Counted from the stretch's first letter, positions 47,686-58,737 are shown. The stretch is 64,000 nucleotides of DNA from Turneriella sp. (GCA_965279515.1 CBDIID010000003.1:1568001-1632000); one strand, 5' to 3'. The notes: generated by a model from the sequence alone, not told the origin. Numbers and translations: made by a program.

Positions 47686-49545
47686 TTGAATAAAGAATTT
47701 TTGAGGTTACTTTCCGCAGAAATTCCTGATGCAGTCATCCTCCTCTCCCCTGATGGCAAGATCATCCAATGGAATAACGCGGCTGAATCTATTTTTGGTT
47801 ATTCCGAATCTGAGGCAGAGGGCGTCATCCTGAGCGACCTCGTAGTGCCCCCTGACAAGAGAGAAGAAGACCAGCGGATGACAAACGAAGCCGAACTCAC
47901 AGGGTTGTGCGTGGGTGAAGCCTTGAGACGGCGCAAAGACGGCTCTCTGGCCAACGTCAGTGTGTCCACGAAAGCCATACGCGATGCGACTGGAAAACTT
48001 TTATATTTTCTGACGACCAAAAAGGACGTTACACATCTCAAAGTATTGCGCGACGCCAAACTCGTTGAAACCCGCTACGGTGATCTGCTCGAATCTACAC
48101 CCGATGCGATCGTGATGGTCAATATCACGGGCCGGATTGTTCTGGTTAACTCGCAGGCCGAAGAGGTTTTCGGCTGGAACCGCGGCGAACTCATAGGCCA
48201 GCCGGTAGAGATGCTGCTGCCCCACCGGCTGCGTACTGAACACGTCGGCTACCGCGCGAATTTTTTCAGGCAGCCCCGCACGCGCACGATGGGTGCCGGT
48301 GTCGAGCTCTATGGGCTGAGAAAAAACGGGGAAGAGTTTTCCGTGGAAATCAGTCTCAGCCCGCTGCGGACCGAAGAAGGAACGATGGTAATGAGCGCGA
48401 TCCGCGACATTACCGCGCGGAAAAAGGCGGATCAGAAATTCCGTGATTTGCTCGAGTCGGCCCCCGACGCTATGGTCATCGTCGACCGCGAAGGCAAAAT
48501 TGTGCTCATTAATTCGCAAACTGAAAAGCTCTTCGGCTGGAAGCGCGCGGACCTTTTGGGGCAGGCTGTCGAAGTATTGGTCCCAAAACAGTTTCACACC
48601 GTGCATCCCGGCCACCGTAACGCTTTCTTCGCGCAACCGCGCGCGCGTTCGATGGGTGCGGGTCTGGAACTCAACGGGCTTCGCAAAGACGGGACCGAGT
48701 TTCCGGTGGAAATCAGTCTCAGCCCGCTGCAGACCGAAGACGGTATGCTTGTGTCGAGCGCGATACGTGATATTACCGACCGTAAGGTCTTTGAACAAAC
48801 CTTGCGCGAGGCGAACCGGCTGAAGAGCGAGTTTCTCGCAACTATGTCACACGAGCTGCGCACGCCTCTCAACGGCATCATCGGCTTCTCGCAATTTCTC
48901 GCAGATGAAAAGCCCGGCAAGCTGAACGAAAAACAAAAGGAATATCTCACTGATGTCCTAACCAGCGCGAAACACCTGCTGCACCTGATCAACGACGTGC
49001 TCGATCTCTCAAAAGTGGAGGCTGGAAAAATGGCGCTTTTCCCCGAGGAGATTTCACTCCGCGCAGCAGTTGCCGAGATTTGTACAACAATATTGCCATT
49101 AGCCGAAAAAAAAGGTATTGTCCTAAGAGCAGATATCTCTACTTCCCTCGATAGCGTATTTCTGGATCCCCAGAAACTCAAACAGGTATTTTATAACCTG
49201 TTATCGAATGCAGTGAAATTCACCAACGATGGCGGCAGCATCGGTATTATCGGTATACCCTGCGGACAAGACAGATTTCAAATTCAGGTGACGGATAACG
49301 GCATCGGTATCCTCAAAGAAGATTTCCCCCGCCTGTTCCGCGAGTTCGAACAGCTCGACAGCGGCGCGGCGAGAAGATTTGGCGGCACTGGTCTCGGCCT
49401 TGCACTGACGAAAAAGATCGTCGAATTTCAGGACGGCAGCATCAGCGTTGAGAGCGAACCCGGCAAGGGCAGCAAATTTACCGTAGAGTTACCCAGGAGA
49501 ATAAATAAAAGTCATGAAAAAAGCGGACATTCTGGTGGTAGATGA
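47686..49545 (+). CDS. Cytoplasmic sensor histidine kinase with three PAS domains
   Basis: TTG start with GGAG SD; three PDA..WN/VN PAS repeats; MSHELRTPLN; NLLSNAVKFT; GGTGLGL. Confidence 0.93.
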   Translation: MNKEFLRLLSAEIPDAVILLSPDGKIIQWNNAAESIFGYSESEAEGVILSDLVVPPDKREEDQRMTNEAELTGLCVGEALRRRKDGSLANVSVSTKAIRDATGKLLYFLTTKKDVTHLKVLRDAKLVETRYGDLLESTPDAIVMVNITGRIVLVNSQAEEVFGWNRGELIGQPVEMLLPHRLRTEHVGYRANFFRQPRTRTMGAGVELYGLRKNGEEFSVEISLSPLRTEEGTMVMSAIRDITARKKADQKFRDLLESAPDAMVIVDREGKIVLINSQTEKLFGWKRADLLGQAVEVLVPKQFHTVHPGHRNAFFAQPRARSMGAGLELNGLRKDGTEFPVEISLSPLQTEDGMLVSSAIRDITDRKVFEQTLREANRLKSEFLATMSHELRTPLNGIIGFSQFLADEKPGKLNEKQKEYLTDVLTSAKHLLHLINDVLDLSKVEAGKMALFPEEISLRAAVAEICTTILPLAEKKGIVLRADISTSLDSVFLDPQKLKQVFYNLLSNAVKFTNDGGSIGIIGIPCGQDRFQIQVTDNGIGILKEDFPRLFREFEQLDSGAARRFGGTGLGLALTKKIVEFQDGSISVESEPGKGSKFTVELPRRINKSHEKSGHSGGR

Positions 49546-49894
49546 TAATGCGACGAACCTCAAGCTCGCGGGCGACCTGCTCGAGTTCGAGGGTTATACC
49601 GTGCTGCGCGCGCGCGACGCAACAGAAGTTCAGCAAATACTGGAAGGCGTTCAACCGGCGCTGATTCTCATGGATATCCAGATGCCAGGCATGGACGGCC
49701 TGACGCTGACGCGCCTCATCAAAAGTGATGCTGCAAACAGCTCAATCCGCATTGTGGCGATGACAGCTTTTGCGATGAAAGGAGACGAGGAAAAAGCCAT
49801 CGCCGCGGGTTGCGACGGCTACATTACCAAACCTATTGATACCCGGCAGTTTCCCGGTCAAGTTGCGGCCATTCTTGCGAGTGCGCGCGCATGA
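49514..49894 (+). CDS. Single-domain response regulator (DivK/CheY-like)
   Basis: ILVVDD, ILMDIQMPGMDG, TAFAMKGD, GYITKP. Confidence 0.93.
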   Translation: MKKADILVVDDNATNLKLAGDLLEFEGYTVLRARDATEVQQILEGVQPALILMDIQMPGMDGLTLTRLIKSDAANSSIRIVAMTAFAMKGDEEKAIAAGCDGYITKPIDTRQFPGQVAAILASARA

Positions 49895-52665
49895 AAATCC
49901 TCAGTGCCGATGACCAGCCCTTAAACCTCAAGCTCTTACGCATAACGCTGGAGGCTGAGGGGCACGTCGTACTCGATGCGGCTGACGGCGTCGAGGCAAT
50001 GGCGATTCTTCGCGACGAAAATATCGACGTCATCATTTCGGATATCCTGATGCCGCGGATGGACGGCTACCGGTTATGCGCTGAAGTGCGGCGCGACACC
50101 AGACTGCAGAAAATCCCTTTTATCTTCTATACCGCCACCTACAATTCACCGGCGGATGAAAAACTTTGCTACGATCTGGGTGCCGACAAATATCTGCAAA
50201 AACCCGCTGCTACGGAGATTATCCTCGAAACCCTCCGGGCTGTCACGGGAACTCCCCTGCGGCCTAATCCATCAAACCCGCTTCTATTCGATGAATCGCA
50301 GGTGATGAAGCAGTACAGCGAACAACTTGTGCTCAAACTGGAAAAGAAAAACCACGAACTACTGGCTGCGGTCGCCCAGCTTGAACAAGCCGAAGCAAAG
50401 TTTACCGACGCCTTTCATTGGAATCCGGCAAGCATGACGATAACCGATCTCCATAGCGGACGCCTGATCGAAGTCAATGAAAGATTTATAAGCATCTTCG
50501 AATTCACGCGCGAAGAAGTGATTGGCCGAATAGCCGCAGAGCTTAATATTATTCCAGCCAGCGAGTGGGATAAAATCGCGGTGCGGACAAAAGAGCAGGG
50601 ATATCTGCAGTACCAGACAATTGAAGCGAGAACGAAGACCGGAACTCAACGGTTTATACAGTTCTCCTCGACGATTATTGAGTTCGGCGGAGCCCCGTAC
50701 CTGCTCATGACTGCGCTCGACATTACCAACAGCACGATCGCCGAACAAAAGTTAAGATCCCGCGAAGTGGAACTGGAAGAAGCACAGAGAGTCGCCCAGA
50801 TCGGCAGCTGGGAGGCCGATGTCCTGGAAAACCATTCAGTCTGGTCTGACGAGCAATTCCGGTTACTGGGTCTTGAACCATCTCAAGGTAATTTCAGCTT
50901 TGAAGACTACCTTGAGATGGTGCATCCCGAAGACAGGGAAAAGCTCAGGGAAGCCGCGGGTAAAGCCGTGTCTGATGCGGGATCATTCACCCTCGACTAC
51001 CGGATCATCAGAAAAGACACTACTATGCGTTGGATGCACGGGCGCGGCGAGACCATTACCGACGGGACTGGTAAAGTCGTGCGCATGCGGGGTATAAACC
51101 AGGATATCACGGAACGAAAACGCTCCGCGGATTTGCTGCAGGAAAGCGAAGGGCGTTTTCGTCAGTTGGCCGAAAACATCCGTGAAATTTTTTACCTTAT
51201 CAATCCGGAAATCACGCAGATGTTCTACATCAGCCCCGCCTACGAGGAAATCTGGGGGCGCAGTTGTGAAAGTGTGTACGAAAATCCGCGTTCCTGGGCC
51301 GAAGCAATCCATCCAGACGACATAGAACGGGTATTTGCTGAAATTACCCCTCGGGGAATTTTGGTTCCCGGAAAATTTGAATTTCGGATCCTGCGCCCTA
51401 ACGGGGAGGTTCGTTTTATCCGGGCTCAGGCTTTCCCCATTTATAATGATGCCGGAGAAATTTACCGGTTCGCCGGGACAGCAGAAGACATTACCCAACA
51501 CAGACAGATTGAAGCACAACTGCGCCAGTCCCAAAAAATGGAAGCGATCGGCCAGCTCTCAGGCGGCGTAGCCCACGATTTTAATAATCTGCTGACAGTA
51601 ATTCTTGGACACGCCAATATTCTCGCCGAGCAAAATGTCAGCGGCGAAGCGGCAGAGTCCATAGCGGAAATCCGTCACGCCGGTGAGCGGGCGGCGAATC
51701 TCACACGGCAACTTCTGCTCTTTGCGCGTAAGCAGGCCATGCTGATGAAAAACCTCGATCTGAACTCGGCGGTCGCGCACACGATCAAGATGCTGACAAG
51801 AATTCTCGGCGAAGACATCCAGCTGGATTTCTGTCCGGCGCACGGGGAACTAACCGTGCAGGCGGACGCGGGCATGTTTGATCAGATACTCCTGAATCTT
51901 GCCGTCAATGCCCGCGATGCGATGCCCAAGGGTGGGCGGCTGATCATTGAAACAGCCCGGGTGGAATTCGACACGGAAACGGCCGCACAATCAGCGCAGA
52001 TCCGCGCCGGCACTTTCGCTGTCATTACGGTCTCTGACTCGGGTTCAGGTATTCCGGCCGACGTACTGCCAAAAATCTTCGACCCCTTTTTCACCACCAA
52101 AGATGTCGACAAGGGTACCGGACTCGGGCTTGCCACGGTCTTCGGGATTGTACAGCAACATTCGGGCTGGATCAACGTCTACAGCGAAGAAGGTTCTGGT
52201 TCCACATTCCGCATTTACCTGCCACTGATTCTTGAATCTTCGCTCCCGGCAGATACGAAGAAGGCCGCGCAGGAAATGAAAGGCGGAACTGAAACGATTC
52301 TCTTTGTGGAGGATGATGCGGCGATTCGCCGGATGGCCTCAAAATACCTGGGCCAGCTCGGTTATAGGGTAATTACGGCCGAAAATGGACCTGACGCTGT
52401 CAGAATTTTTACGGAGCGTGAGAAAGATATCCACCTGGTATTCAGCGATCTTGTCATGCCAGGGGGGCTGAGCGGCATAGAGCTTTCGCGTATTCTGCTG
52501 CAAAAAAAACCGGCGCTCAGCTTCATATTCTCGAGCGGTTACAGCAATATGTTACTTGCCGGAGAAACAAAACTAACCGAAGGCCTGAACTTTCTCGCCA
52601 AACCTTTTAGTCTGGCGAATGTCGCTAAAATTATTCGATTACAACTGGATATGAAAGAAACCTGA
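49891..52665 (+). CDS. Hybrid histidine kinase REC-PAS-PAS-PAS-HisKA-HATPase-REC (CckA-like)
   Basis: [45 protein letters not shown]; receiver domains at both ends. Confidence 0.94.
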   Translation: MKILSADDQPLNLKLLRITLEAEGHVVLDAADGVEAMAILRDENIDVIISDILMPRMDGYRLCAEVRRDTRLQKIPFIFYTATYNSPADEKLCYDLGADKYLQKPAATEIILETLRAVTGTPLRPNPSNPLLFDESQVMKQYSEQLVLKLEKKNHELLAAVAQLEQAEAKFTDAFHWNPASMTITDLHSGRLIEVNERFISIFEFTREEVIGRIAAELNIIPASEWDKIAVRTKEQGYLQYQTIEARTKTGTQRFIQFSSTIIEFGGAPYLLMTALDITNSTIAEQKLRSREVELEEAQRVAQIGSWEADVLENHSVWSDEQFRLLGLEPSQGNFSFEDYLEMVHPEDREKLREAAGKAVSDAGSFTLDYRIIRKDTTMRWMHGRGETITDGTGKVVRMRGINQDITERKRSADLLQESEGRFRQLAENIREIFYLINPEITQMFYISPAYEEIWGRSCESVYENPRSWAEAIHPDDIERVFAEITPRGILVPGKFEFRILRPNGEVRFIRAQAFPIYNDAGEIYRFAGTAEDITQHRQIEAQLRQSQKMEAIGQLSGGVAHDFNNLLTVILGHANILAEQNVSGEAAESIAEIRHAGERAANLTRQLLLFARKQAMLMKNLDLNSAVAHTIKMLTRILGEDIQLDFCPAHGELTVQADAGMFDQILLNLAVNARDAMPKGGRLIIETARVEFDTETAAQSAQIRAGTFAVITVSDSGSGIPADVLPKIFDPFFTTKDVDKGTGLGLATVFGIVQQHSGWINVYSEEGSGSTFRIYLPLILESSLPADTKKAAQEMKGGTETILFVEDDAAIRRMASKYLGQLGYRVITAENGPDAVRIFTEREKDIHLVFSDLVMPGGLSGIELSRILLQKKPALSFIFSSGYSNMLLAGETKLTEGLNFLAKPFSLANVAKIIRLQLDMKET

Positions 52666-52670
52666 TACCG

Positions 52671-53462
52671 CTATTTTCCGCGGTTGCAATCCTTATGGCG
52701 GCGACCGCCGCTGAATGACTTCGGCCCGCGCGGGCCCTTCTTGCCGCCATGGTCACGCGCGATGGCATCGACGTCGACAGATATTTCGCGCACTTCGACT
52801 GCATCGAGAAATGTACCGAAAGTATCTCCGTCACCGGTATCGGTGAATGCAATAGTCGTGACGGACGAGGTCGCCTCGATATAGACGGTCACGATCTGCC
52901 AGGCATCGGCAGCGGGTGTGATGTCGAGAGTGTATCCCTGCCCCGCGTTGACGTTGAGGCCCATCTTATGTTCCGCGTCACGGCCGCGCACCCAGAAACT
53001 CAGACGGTAAATGTGATTCACCTCGCTCGCAAATGATTGCATGAGTTTGATGCGCGCATCTGCAGTGCAGGCGTTGTCGGCGTCGAGTTCCGTGTATTGA
53101 TCCTGGTCGGGAGATGTGGAAAATAGATCCTTATTTTGCAATTCGATGAGCGGCGCCGTCGTGCAGGTTTTATCGACCCAGCTCGACTGCCATCCCGGAA
53201 CGGCGTCGTTTGTATACGTTGCCCAGGGTGTGGTCAGAACGGGATTTTCAAAAGAGCCATTGATGAGCAGGTTATCCCCGGTTTTCAGGTATTGCGACGG
53301 CAATGCCGCAGCCCCTGCGGGTGCCTGGCTCAGCTCTTGTTTATAAAGCGCAACCTTATCGAGCTCATTGGCTGCGAAATCGCTGGTATCGTCTGCCCCC
53401 TGGTTCGTGCGGGCGCATTGCAGGACCAATGCGAGAATAAAAACGACTGCGTATTTTGTCAT
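52671..53462 (-). CDS. Lipoprotein with a DUF642/galactose-binding-like domain
   Basis: Lipobox-like VLQC; NLLINGSFENP, VPGW, ELD, GTFLDAV. Confidence 0.7.
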   Translation of the reverse strand: MTKYAVVFILALVLQCARTNQGADDTSDFAANELDKVALYKQELSQAPAGAAALPSQYLKTGDNLLINGSFENPVLTTPWATYTNDAVPGWQSSWVDKTCTTAPLIELQNKDLFSTSPDQDQYTELDADNACTADARIKLMQSFASEVNHIYRLSFWVRGRDAEHKMGLNVNAGQGYTLDITPAADAWQIVTVYIEATSSVTTIAFTDTGDGDTFGTFLDAVEVREISVDVDAIARDHGGKKGPRGPKSFSGGRRHKDCNRGK

Positions 53463-53539
53463 AACAGGGGGATGTATCCCCGCGGAAAACAGGACATCGT
53501 TTTCGGACCGCACGCTAAGAGCTGTTTCGGCTTGACATC

Positions 53540-53569
53540 ATATGTATACATATAATACGTACACATATT
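53540..53569. promoter_or_regulatory. Tandem MarR-type operators
   Basis: ATATGT-AT-ACATAT (53540-53553) and ATACGT-AC-ACATAT (53555-53568), between TTGACA (53532) and the GGAGG SD of the SRPBCC-marR operon. Confidence 0.6.
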
Positions 53570-53586
53570 AAATAGAGGGAGGATTT

Positions 53587-54012
53587 ATGTGGACTAAAAG
53601 TTTTTCAATGACAACAACAAAGGTAACAGCAAAGCAGATGTGGCAACTTCTGGCCGATGTGAACAACTGGCACACGTGGGATGAGGGTATCGAATACGCG
53701 CAGATGACGGGTGCTTTCGAGCAGGGAAACCATTTCATCCTGAAACCCAAGGGCGGGCCGAGGGTGAAAATCCGGCTCATTGAAACCGTCAAGAACCGGA
53801 AGTTTACCGATCTGACGCAATTTCCGCTGGCAAAAATGTACGGCGAGCATACCTTTGAAGAAACCGCCCAGGGACTCAAGATCACAACGACCATGAAGGT
53901 CGAGGGCATTTTGGGATTCCTGTGGCGTAAAATCGTCGCCGAAGGTATCGCCCATGCGCTGCCCCAGGAAACCGAGCGCCAGATCGCGCTTGCCGCCGCA
54001 TTGCCCGTCTGA
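53587..54012 (+). CDS. SRPBCC / polyketide cyclase family protein
   Basis: W..LADVNNWHTWD, FTD.T.FPLA.M...HTF. Strong SD. Confidence 0.85.
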   Translation: MWTKSFSMTTTKVTAKQMWQLLADVNNWHTWDEGIEYAQMTGAFEQGNHFILKPKGGPRVKIRLIETVKNRKFTDLTQFPLAKMYGEHTFEETAQGLKITTTMKVEGILGFLWRKIVAEGIAHALPQETERQIALAAALPV

Positions 54013-54023
54013 TCAAGGCAGCG

Positions 54024-54479
54024 ATGCCTAAACCCTTCGGTTTCGAGCGCGCCGACGACAGCCCGGGTTTTCTGCTGTGGCAGGTGACAAGCCTGTGGCA
54101 GCGGGAGATCCGGCGCGCGCTGACGCCGTTTGACCTGACGCATTCACAATTTGTGCTGCTCGCGAGCATCTACTGGCTGACGCTGAGCGGCGCTGAAGTC
54201 ACCCAGACGGCGCTTTCAAAACATTCGAAGATCGATGTCATGACGGTTTCCCAGGTCTTACGAGCACTGCAGGCGAGAAAACTTTTGCAACGCCGCGAGC
54301 ATAGTACCGACACCCGGGCCAAGGCCGTCGAGCTGACCGAAGCGGGAAAAAATGTCATTCAGCCGGCTGTCAAGGCCGTGGAAAAATTCGACGGCGAATT
54401 CTTTGCTGCGCTGAAAGGTAATCCCCTTGCCGACTTCAATACAAAGATGAAAAAACTGATTGCTTCCACCGGCACTTAA
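54024..54479 (+). CDS. MarR-family transcriptional regulator
   Basis: SPGFLLWQ, LTHSQFVLL, DVMTVSQVLRAL, DTRAKAVELT. Confidence 0.93.
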   Translation: MPKPFGFERADDSPGFLLWQVTSLWQREIRRALTPFDLTHSQFVLLASIYWLTLSGAEVTQTALSKHSKIDVMTVSQVLRALQARKLLQRREHSTDTRAKAVELTEAGKNVIQPAVKAVEKFDGEFFAALKGNPLADFNTKMKKLIASTGT

Positions 54480-56248
54480 CCCGGTGTTTTTTTACTGATG
54501 ATCACGCGCGCGAACTGCGCGACATTTTCGATGATCGTATCAATGTCGCGCGCTTCGACCGCATACTCTTCGAGCGTCTGCTTCAAGAGCCCCGCGACGG
54601 CATTAAAATGCTGCATGGTGATCGGCAACCCGGCATGCGCCACGCGCAGCACATCAAAATCGTAAGGTATTTTTGCCCCCATCACGACGGCAATAAACCG
54701 GGTCTGGTGTTTGCGCAGGCGGTTCATATTCACCGAGCGAAAAAATTCGCCGACCATGGGGTTTGCGACAATTTTTTCGTAGAACGTCGCCACGATCTTT
54801 TCAATCGTCTGCCGCCTGCCGTATTTTTCATACAGGGTCAGCGTCGAATGGTCGAGGCCCAGATGGCGGAGCGCAGTCTGCAAATGAAATTTCGCCACGT
54901 AATCGGTGGGCGAATTTGCCAGGTATTCCTCGAAACCCTGCTTTGCATCACGGAAATCCCCCGCACGCAGCGCCTGCAATGCGAGAATGAACTGGCCGCG
55001 GTAAATCAGCCGCTCGTCTGCCTCTACGTCGGTATTGGCCGGCAATACCTCGTGGATTTCCATGACCTCTTTGCGCCCCCGCAGCAACGTCAAATCGACC
55101 AAACGGTGCAGCGGTTTCTTTTCGAGCTTATCGAGCGCGGTCTTTGAGATCAGAATCTGCGTGAGGTATTTTTTATTCAGCTGCTCGATGCGCGAGGTGG
55201 TATTGACCGCGTCGCTGATCACGGTATTTTCGAGGCGCATGCTTTCACCGATCGTGCCCAGCATGATCCTGCCGGTATGGATGCCGATACCGATACTGAG
55301 CGGATCCATACTGGCAGAGGCAAGGCTGTCGTTGAAGGGTTTCAGGCGCTGGTACATCGCCTGCGCCGCGGCGAGCGCGCCGTCAGCGGTTTCGAAAAGC
55401 CCCATGATCGCATCGCCGATATACTTGTCGATAAACCCGCCGTGTTCGCGTATCGTCGGGCCCATCACACTCAGATACTGGTTGATGAAGGTAAAATTCT
55501 CCGCCGGGGATAAACTTTCAGAGATTGCGCTGAAATTGCGGATATCGGAAAAAAGAATCGTCATCTCGCGCTCGGTACTTTCGCCCAGCCTGACATCATC
55601 AATACTGTCTTTTTTCAGAAAGCGCAGAAACTCCATCGGCACAAAACGCAGCATCGCCTGGCGCGCCGACTCGACCTTTTGCAGGGCATTGTCCATGATT
55701 GTGCGCAAAAGAAAGAGCAGAACTGTAACGAGAACCAGTGAAATGATGCTCGCCATAAAACCGACCTGCCCTGCAATGAGGAGATCCCCCTCGAGCTTTT
55801 CACGGATCAGAGAAAAAAACGCGGCATTACACAGCAGCAGAAACGCGGCCAGGGGAATAATAAGATACTTGCGGCCGAAAAAACCCATCACGAGCACAGG
55901 CACCGGAAAAAGATGGATGAAGCTGCTGTAAGCAGTGGCGTATTCACCGGTAATCTTTCTCCCCTGCGCCAAAAGCAGAATCACCGTCATCGCCAGCGAA
56001 AGCAGGTGCCCCGCGGCAAAGAGCATTCCATGGCGGAGCAAAAATTGCCCGGCGAGGGCTACAACCCAGGTAGCGATCATGGGCGGCGCAGCGACATGCA
56101 AGCGGTGCGGCAACCAGACGATATAGACCGCCAGGAAAACCGGTAGTGCGATCAGTAGTACGAGATTAAAATAATAGAGCGTCGCCGCGCGGCGGCCGGT
56201 AACATAATCGGCTTCGCGAAATTTGTTTAGTACATACCGGTGGGTCAT
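54476..56248 (-). CDS. Membrane class III adenylate cyclase with a TPR-like linker and a C-terminal group I truncated haemoglobin
   Basis: About six TM helices; FSDIRNF, DKYIGDA, DAVNTTSRIE. C-terminal TLYEKYG..FYEKI..FF..HQTRF..AHAGL.IT..HF is a 2/2 globin pattern. Confidence 0.88.
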   Translation of the reverse strand: MTHRYVLNKFREADYVTGRRAATLYYFNLVLLIALPVFLAVYIVWLPHRLHVAAPPMIATWVVALAGQFLLRHGMLFAAGHLLSLAMTVILLLAQGRKITGEYATAYSSFIHLFPVPVLVMGFFGRKYLIIPLAAFLLLCNAAFFSLIREKLEGDLLIAGQVGFMASIISLVLVTVLLFLLRTIMDNALQKVESARQAMLRFVPMEFLRFLKKDSIDDVRLGESTEREMTILFSDIRNFSAISESLSPAENFTFINQYLSVMGPTIREHGGFIDKYIGDAIMGLFETADGALAAAQAMYQRLKPFNDSLASASMDPLSIGIGIHTGRIMLGTIGESMRLENTVISDAVNTTSRIEQLNKKYLTQILISKTALDKLEKKPLHRLVDLTLLRGRKEVMEIHEVLPANTDVEADERLIYRGQFILALQALRAGDFRDAKQGFEEYLANSPTDYVAKFHLQTALRHLGLDHSTLTLYEKYGRRQTIEKIVATFYEKIVANPMVGEFFRSVNMNRLRKHQTRFIAVVMGAKIPYDFDVLRVAHAGLPITMQHFNAVAGLLKQTLEEYAVEARDIDTIIENVAQFARVIISKKTPG

Positions 56249-56308
56249 GGAAGAAACTCAGGAGGCGCCGCATGCTGCAAAGCAGAATGTGACCGCACGG
56301 CGCAAAAA

Positions 56309-57175
56309 TCACGGATTCAAGAGACCGAGAAAATTTCCCGAGAAGATTTTTTGTTTTTCGCCGGCTGAAACCGGCAGGCGCTCTATCCAACCGCGGATCT
56401 CTGTGTAATCATACCCGCGCTGCTCGTCGGAAAAACCGTAGGGCGCATCTGTGCCATAAAGGCAGCGATCCGCGCCCATTTCTTTGACTGCCGCGCGTGC
56501 GAGATTTTCGTCGATATAGGGACTCGAAAGATCGACGTAGATGTTGTGTTTCTTTGCGAAGTTCCACATATCCTGGTAAAAGGGAAATCCGGCATGTGCG
56601 GCAATGATCTTCAGGCGCGGAAATTTTTCGGCGATGGCGCGGTAATCGCCGCGCTTACCGAACCCCAGGTGAATGAGCGCGGGCAGGTTCAGTTCCTGCA
56701 TGCGTTCGAACAGCGGGTAAAGCAGGTCGGTGGTGTAATCATGCCAGTGCGGATGCAGCTTCACACCGATCATTCCCCGCTCGTTCCGCCATTTTTCGAG
56801 ATCGTCGAGAACATTCGGGTTATCGCGGGGGTTCAGGAATGCCCAGGCGAGAAAACGCTCAGGATATTTTTTTACCAGGGAAAATGCGGCGGCATTATCA
56901 GGAAAGGGATAGATCGCATACTCCTGCCCCGCGAGTTTCAGATTGCCTGTGTCTGTCAGCGTGAGCCGGTGCGCCAGCTCTGCCAGCGGGCGCGTGATAT
57001 TCGTCTGCATCATAAAACGCGCCGCGCCCAATAGGTACTCGGGTACATGCGGCAGGGGATCGTTCATTGCGGGAATAATGGCAACTTTGTCGACGCCGGC
57101 CGCATCGAGTTTCGCAATGAGATCGGTCTCCCCCAACATGCGGGGTTCAAAGTGGGCGTGCGAGTCGATGATCAT
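56309..57175 (-). CDS. Amidohydrolase_2 family protein
   Basis: IIDSHAH, GVKLHP, IHLG, AHAG, YGTDAPY. Confidence 0.9.
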   Translation of the reverse strand: MIIDSHAHFEPRMLGETDLIAKLDAAGVDKVAIIPAMNDPLPHVPEYLLGAARFMMQTNITRPLAELAHRLTLTDTGNLKLAGQEYAIYPFPDNAAAFSLVKKYPERFLAWAFLNPRDNPNVLDDLEKWRNERGMIGVKLHPHWHDYTTDLLYPLFERMQELNLPALIHLGFGKRGDYRAIAEKFPRLKIIAAHAGFPFYQDMWNFAKKHNIYVDLSSPYIDENLARAAVKEMGADRCLYGTDAPYGFSDEQRGYDYTEIRGWIERLPVSAGEKQKIFSGNFLGLLNP

Positions 57176-57254
57176 GAACGAGACTAAGGCAATGACGCCA
57201 GCTGCCTACCAGTTTTTTTGAAAGCCCCGGTATGGCTGCATTGCAGTTGGGCGT

Positions 57255-58427
57255 GTGGCTAAAACCATCGCGATCATCGGCAGCGGCCCTGCGGCGCTCA
57301 TGGCTGCATCTGTACTCGCGGCGCACGGCCATGCACCGGCGATCTTCGAAAAGAATAAAGGCCCGGGGCACAAGCTGCTCATCGCCGGCGGTTCGGGCCT
57401 GAATATCAGCAACGAGCTGCCCCTCAACGAATTTATTGCCGCCTATAGCGGTGCGGGCATCCGCTGGATAGAACTCTTCGGAAAATTCTCTGCCACCGAC
57501 TGGCTGGACTTCATACACAAGCTGGGCCTCGAAACTTTTGCGGGTACCAGCGGCCGTTATTTTGTACGCGAGATGAAGGCTTCGGGACTGTTGCGGTCAT
57601 GGCTTGCCGAACTCGAAAGGCAAAATGTCAATTTCACCTACAGCCGAGAATGTGTGGGCTTTGACAGAAATGCGGGACAAATCAAACTGTTTTTCGCGGA
57701 CGGGTCAGAATTTGCCTGCGCTGCGGTCCTGTTTGCCCTCGGCGGGGGCAGCTGGCTGAAAGAAGAAGCGCTCTGGCCCCGGATTTTCAGGGCTCACCAT
57801 ATAACCGTGAATCCTTTCATACCGTCGAATGCCGGTTTCCAGGTGGCGTGGCATGAAAAGTTTATCGCCGAGGCTGAGAACCGGCCGTTGAAGAACATCG
57901 AATTTATCTCCGGTCTCGGCCGTAAAAGGGGCGACCTCATGATCACGCGTTATGGTATTGAAGGCACACCGGTCTACACTCTGGGCCGCAGCGAGACCTG
58001 CTTCATTGACCTGAAACCCGATCTTTCAGAGGCCGAGCTTCTCGAAAAACTCGATCGCGTTCCGGAAAACCTGTCGCCCCTGCGCCGCGCAAAACGTAAC
58101 CTCAACCTTGCGGATACCGCGCTCGCGCTGCTCTACCATGAAGCCCCGGCCGGCGCCCTGGAATCAACCGCCGCATTGGCGCGCACCATGAAGAACTTTC
58201 CGCTGCAGCTGGGCAGCAGGCAACCCTTGAGCGAAGCGATTTCTTCCGCCGGGGGTTTAGATCTCGCCGAGCTCGATGGGGATTTTATGCTGAAGAAAAT
58301 CCCCGGCGTTTTTGCCGCCGGCGAGATGCTCGACTGGGATGCGCCGACGGGTGGTTTTCTGATACAGGCCTGTGTCTCACAAGGGTTTGCCGCCGCACAC
58401 GGTATTTTAAAATACCTCCGTGCGTGA
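57255..58427 (+). CDS. HI0933/BaiN-like flavoprotein (TIGR03862-type)
   Basis: IGSGPAALMAA, AGGSGLN, GTSGRYF, ALGGGSW, AISSAGG, GEMLDWDAPTGGFL. Confidence 0.9.
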   Translation: MAKTIAIIGSGPAALMAASVLAAHGHAPAIFEKNKGPGHKLLIAGGSGLNISNELPLNEFIAAYSGAGIRWIELFGKFSATDWLDFIHKLGLETFAGTSGRYFVREMKASGLLRSWLAELERQNVNFTYSRECVGFDRNAGQIKLFFADGSEFACAAVLFALGGGSWLKEEALWPRIFRAHHITVNPFIPSNAGFQVAWHEKFIAEAENRPLKNIEFISGLGRKRGDLMITRYGIEGTPVYTLGRSETCFIDLKPDLSEAELLEKLDRVPENLSPLRRAKRNLNLADTALALLYHEAPAGALESTAALARTMKNFPLQLGSRQPLSEAISSAGGLDLAELDGDFMLKKIPGVFAAGEMLDWDAPTGGFLIQACVSQGFAAAHGILKYLRA

Positions 58428-58692
58428 AACGAAAGCTCCGCTGCTTTCGCTGCGTTGCGCCTGCAACCGCAGCGTCTTCAACGCGAATACATTCGCGCGC
58501 GCCATCTACAAGCGCCGCGACCGCTTTCTTCTGGCACTCGGCGCGACGCGGCGGCCGATACGCGTCGAAGTGCGCTGTGCCGTCTGTGAATTTCTGTTCG
58601 GCGTCAGCACCGACATCCGCCTCAGGGAAAAGAACTGCGCCGTCGACTCGCTGACGCTGGCTGACCTGGAAACCATCGATGGCATGCGCTGA
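58420..58692 (+). CDS. Small Cys-containing hypothetical protein (CxC...CxxC)
   Basis: GTG start overlaps the end of the flavoprotein gene; LRCAC and RCAVC; fills the intergenic gap. Confidence 0.45.
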   Translation: MRETKAPLLSLRCACNRSVFNANTFARAIYKRRDRFLLALGATRRPIRVEVRCAVCEFLFGVSTDIRLREKNCAVDSLTLADLETIDGMR

Positions 58693-58737
58693 GGTTTATT
58701 GACATTGACGGCAAGACATCGCAAAACGCTTTCCCAT

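Noticed and set aside
53532..53556. Consensus TTGACA and TATAAT as a sigma70 promoter pair
   Set aside because: The spacer is only 13 nt, so these hexamers are unlikely to be a pair. A promoter is probable here but its elements are unresolved.
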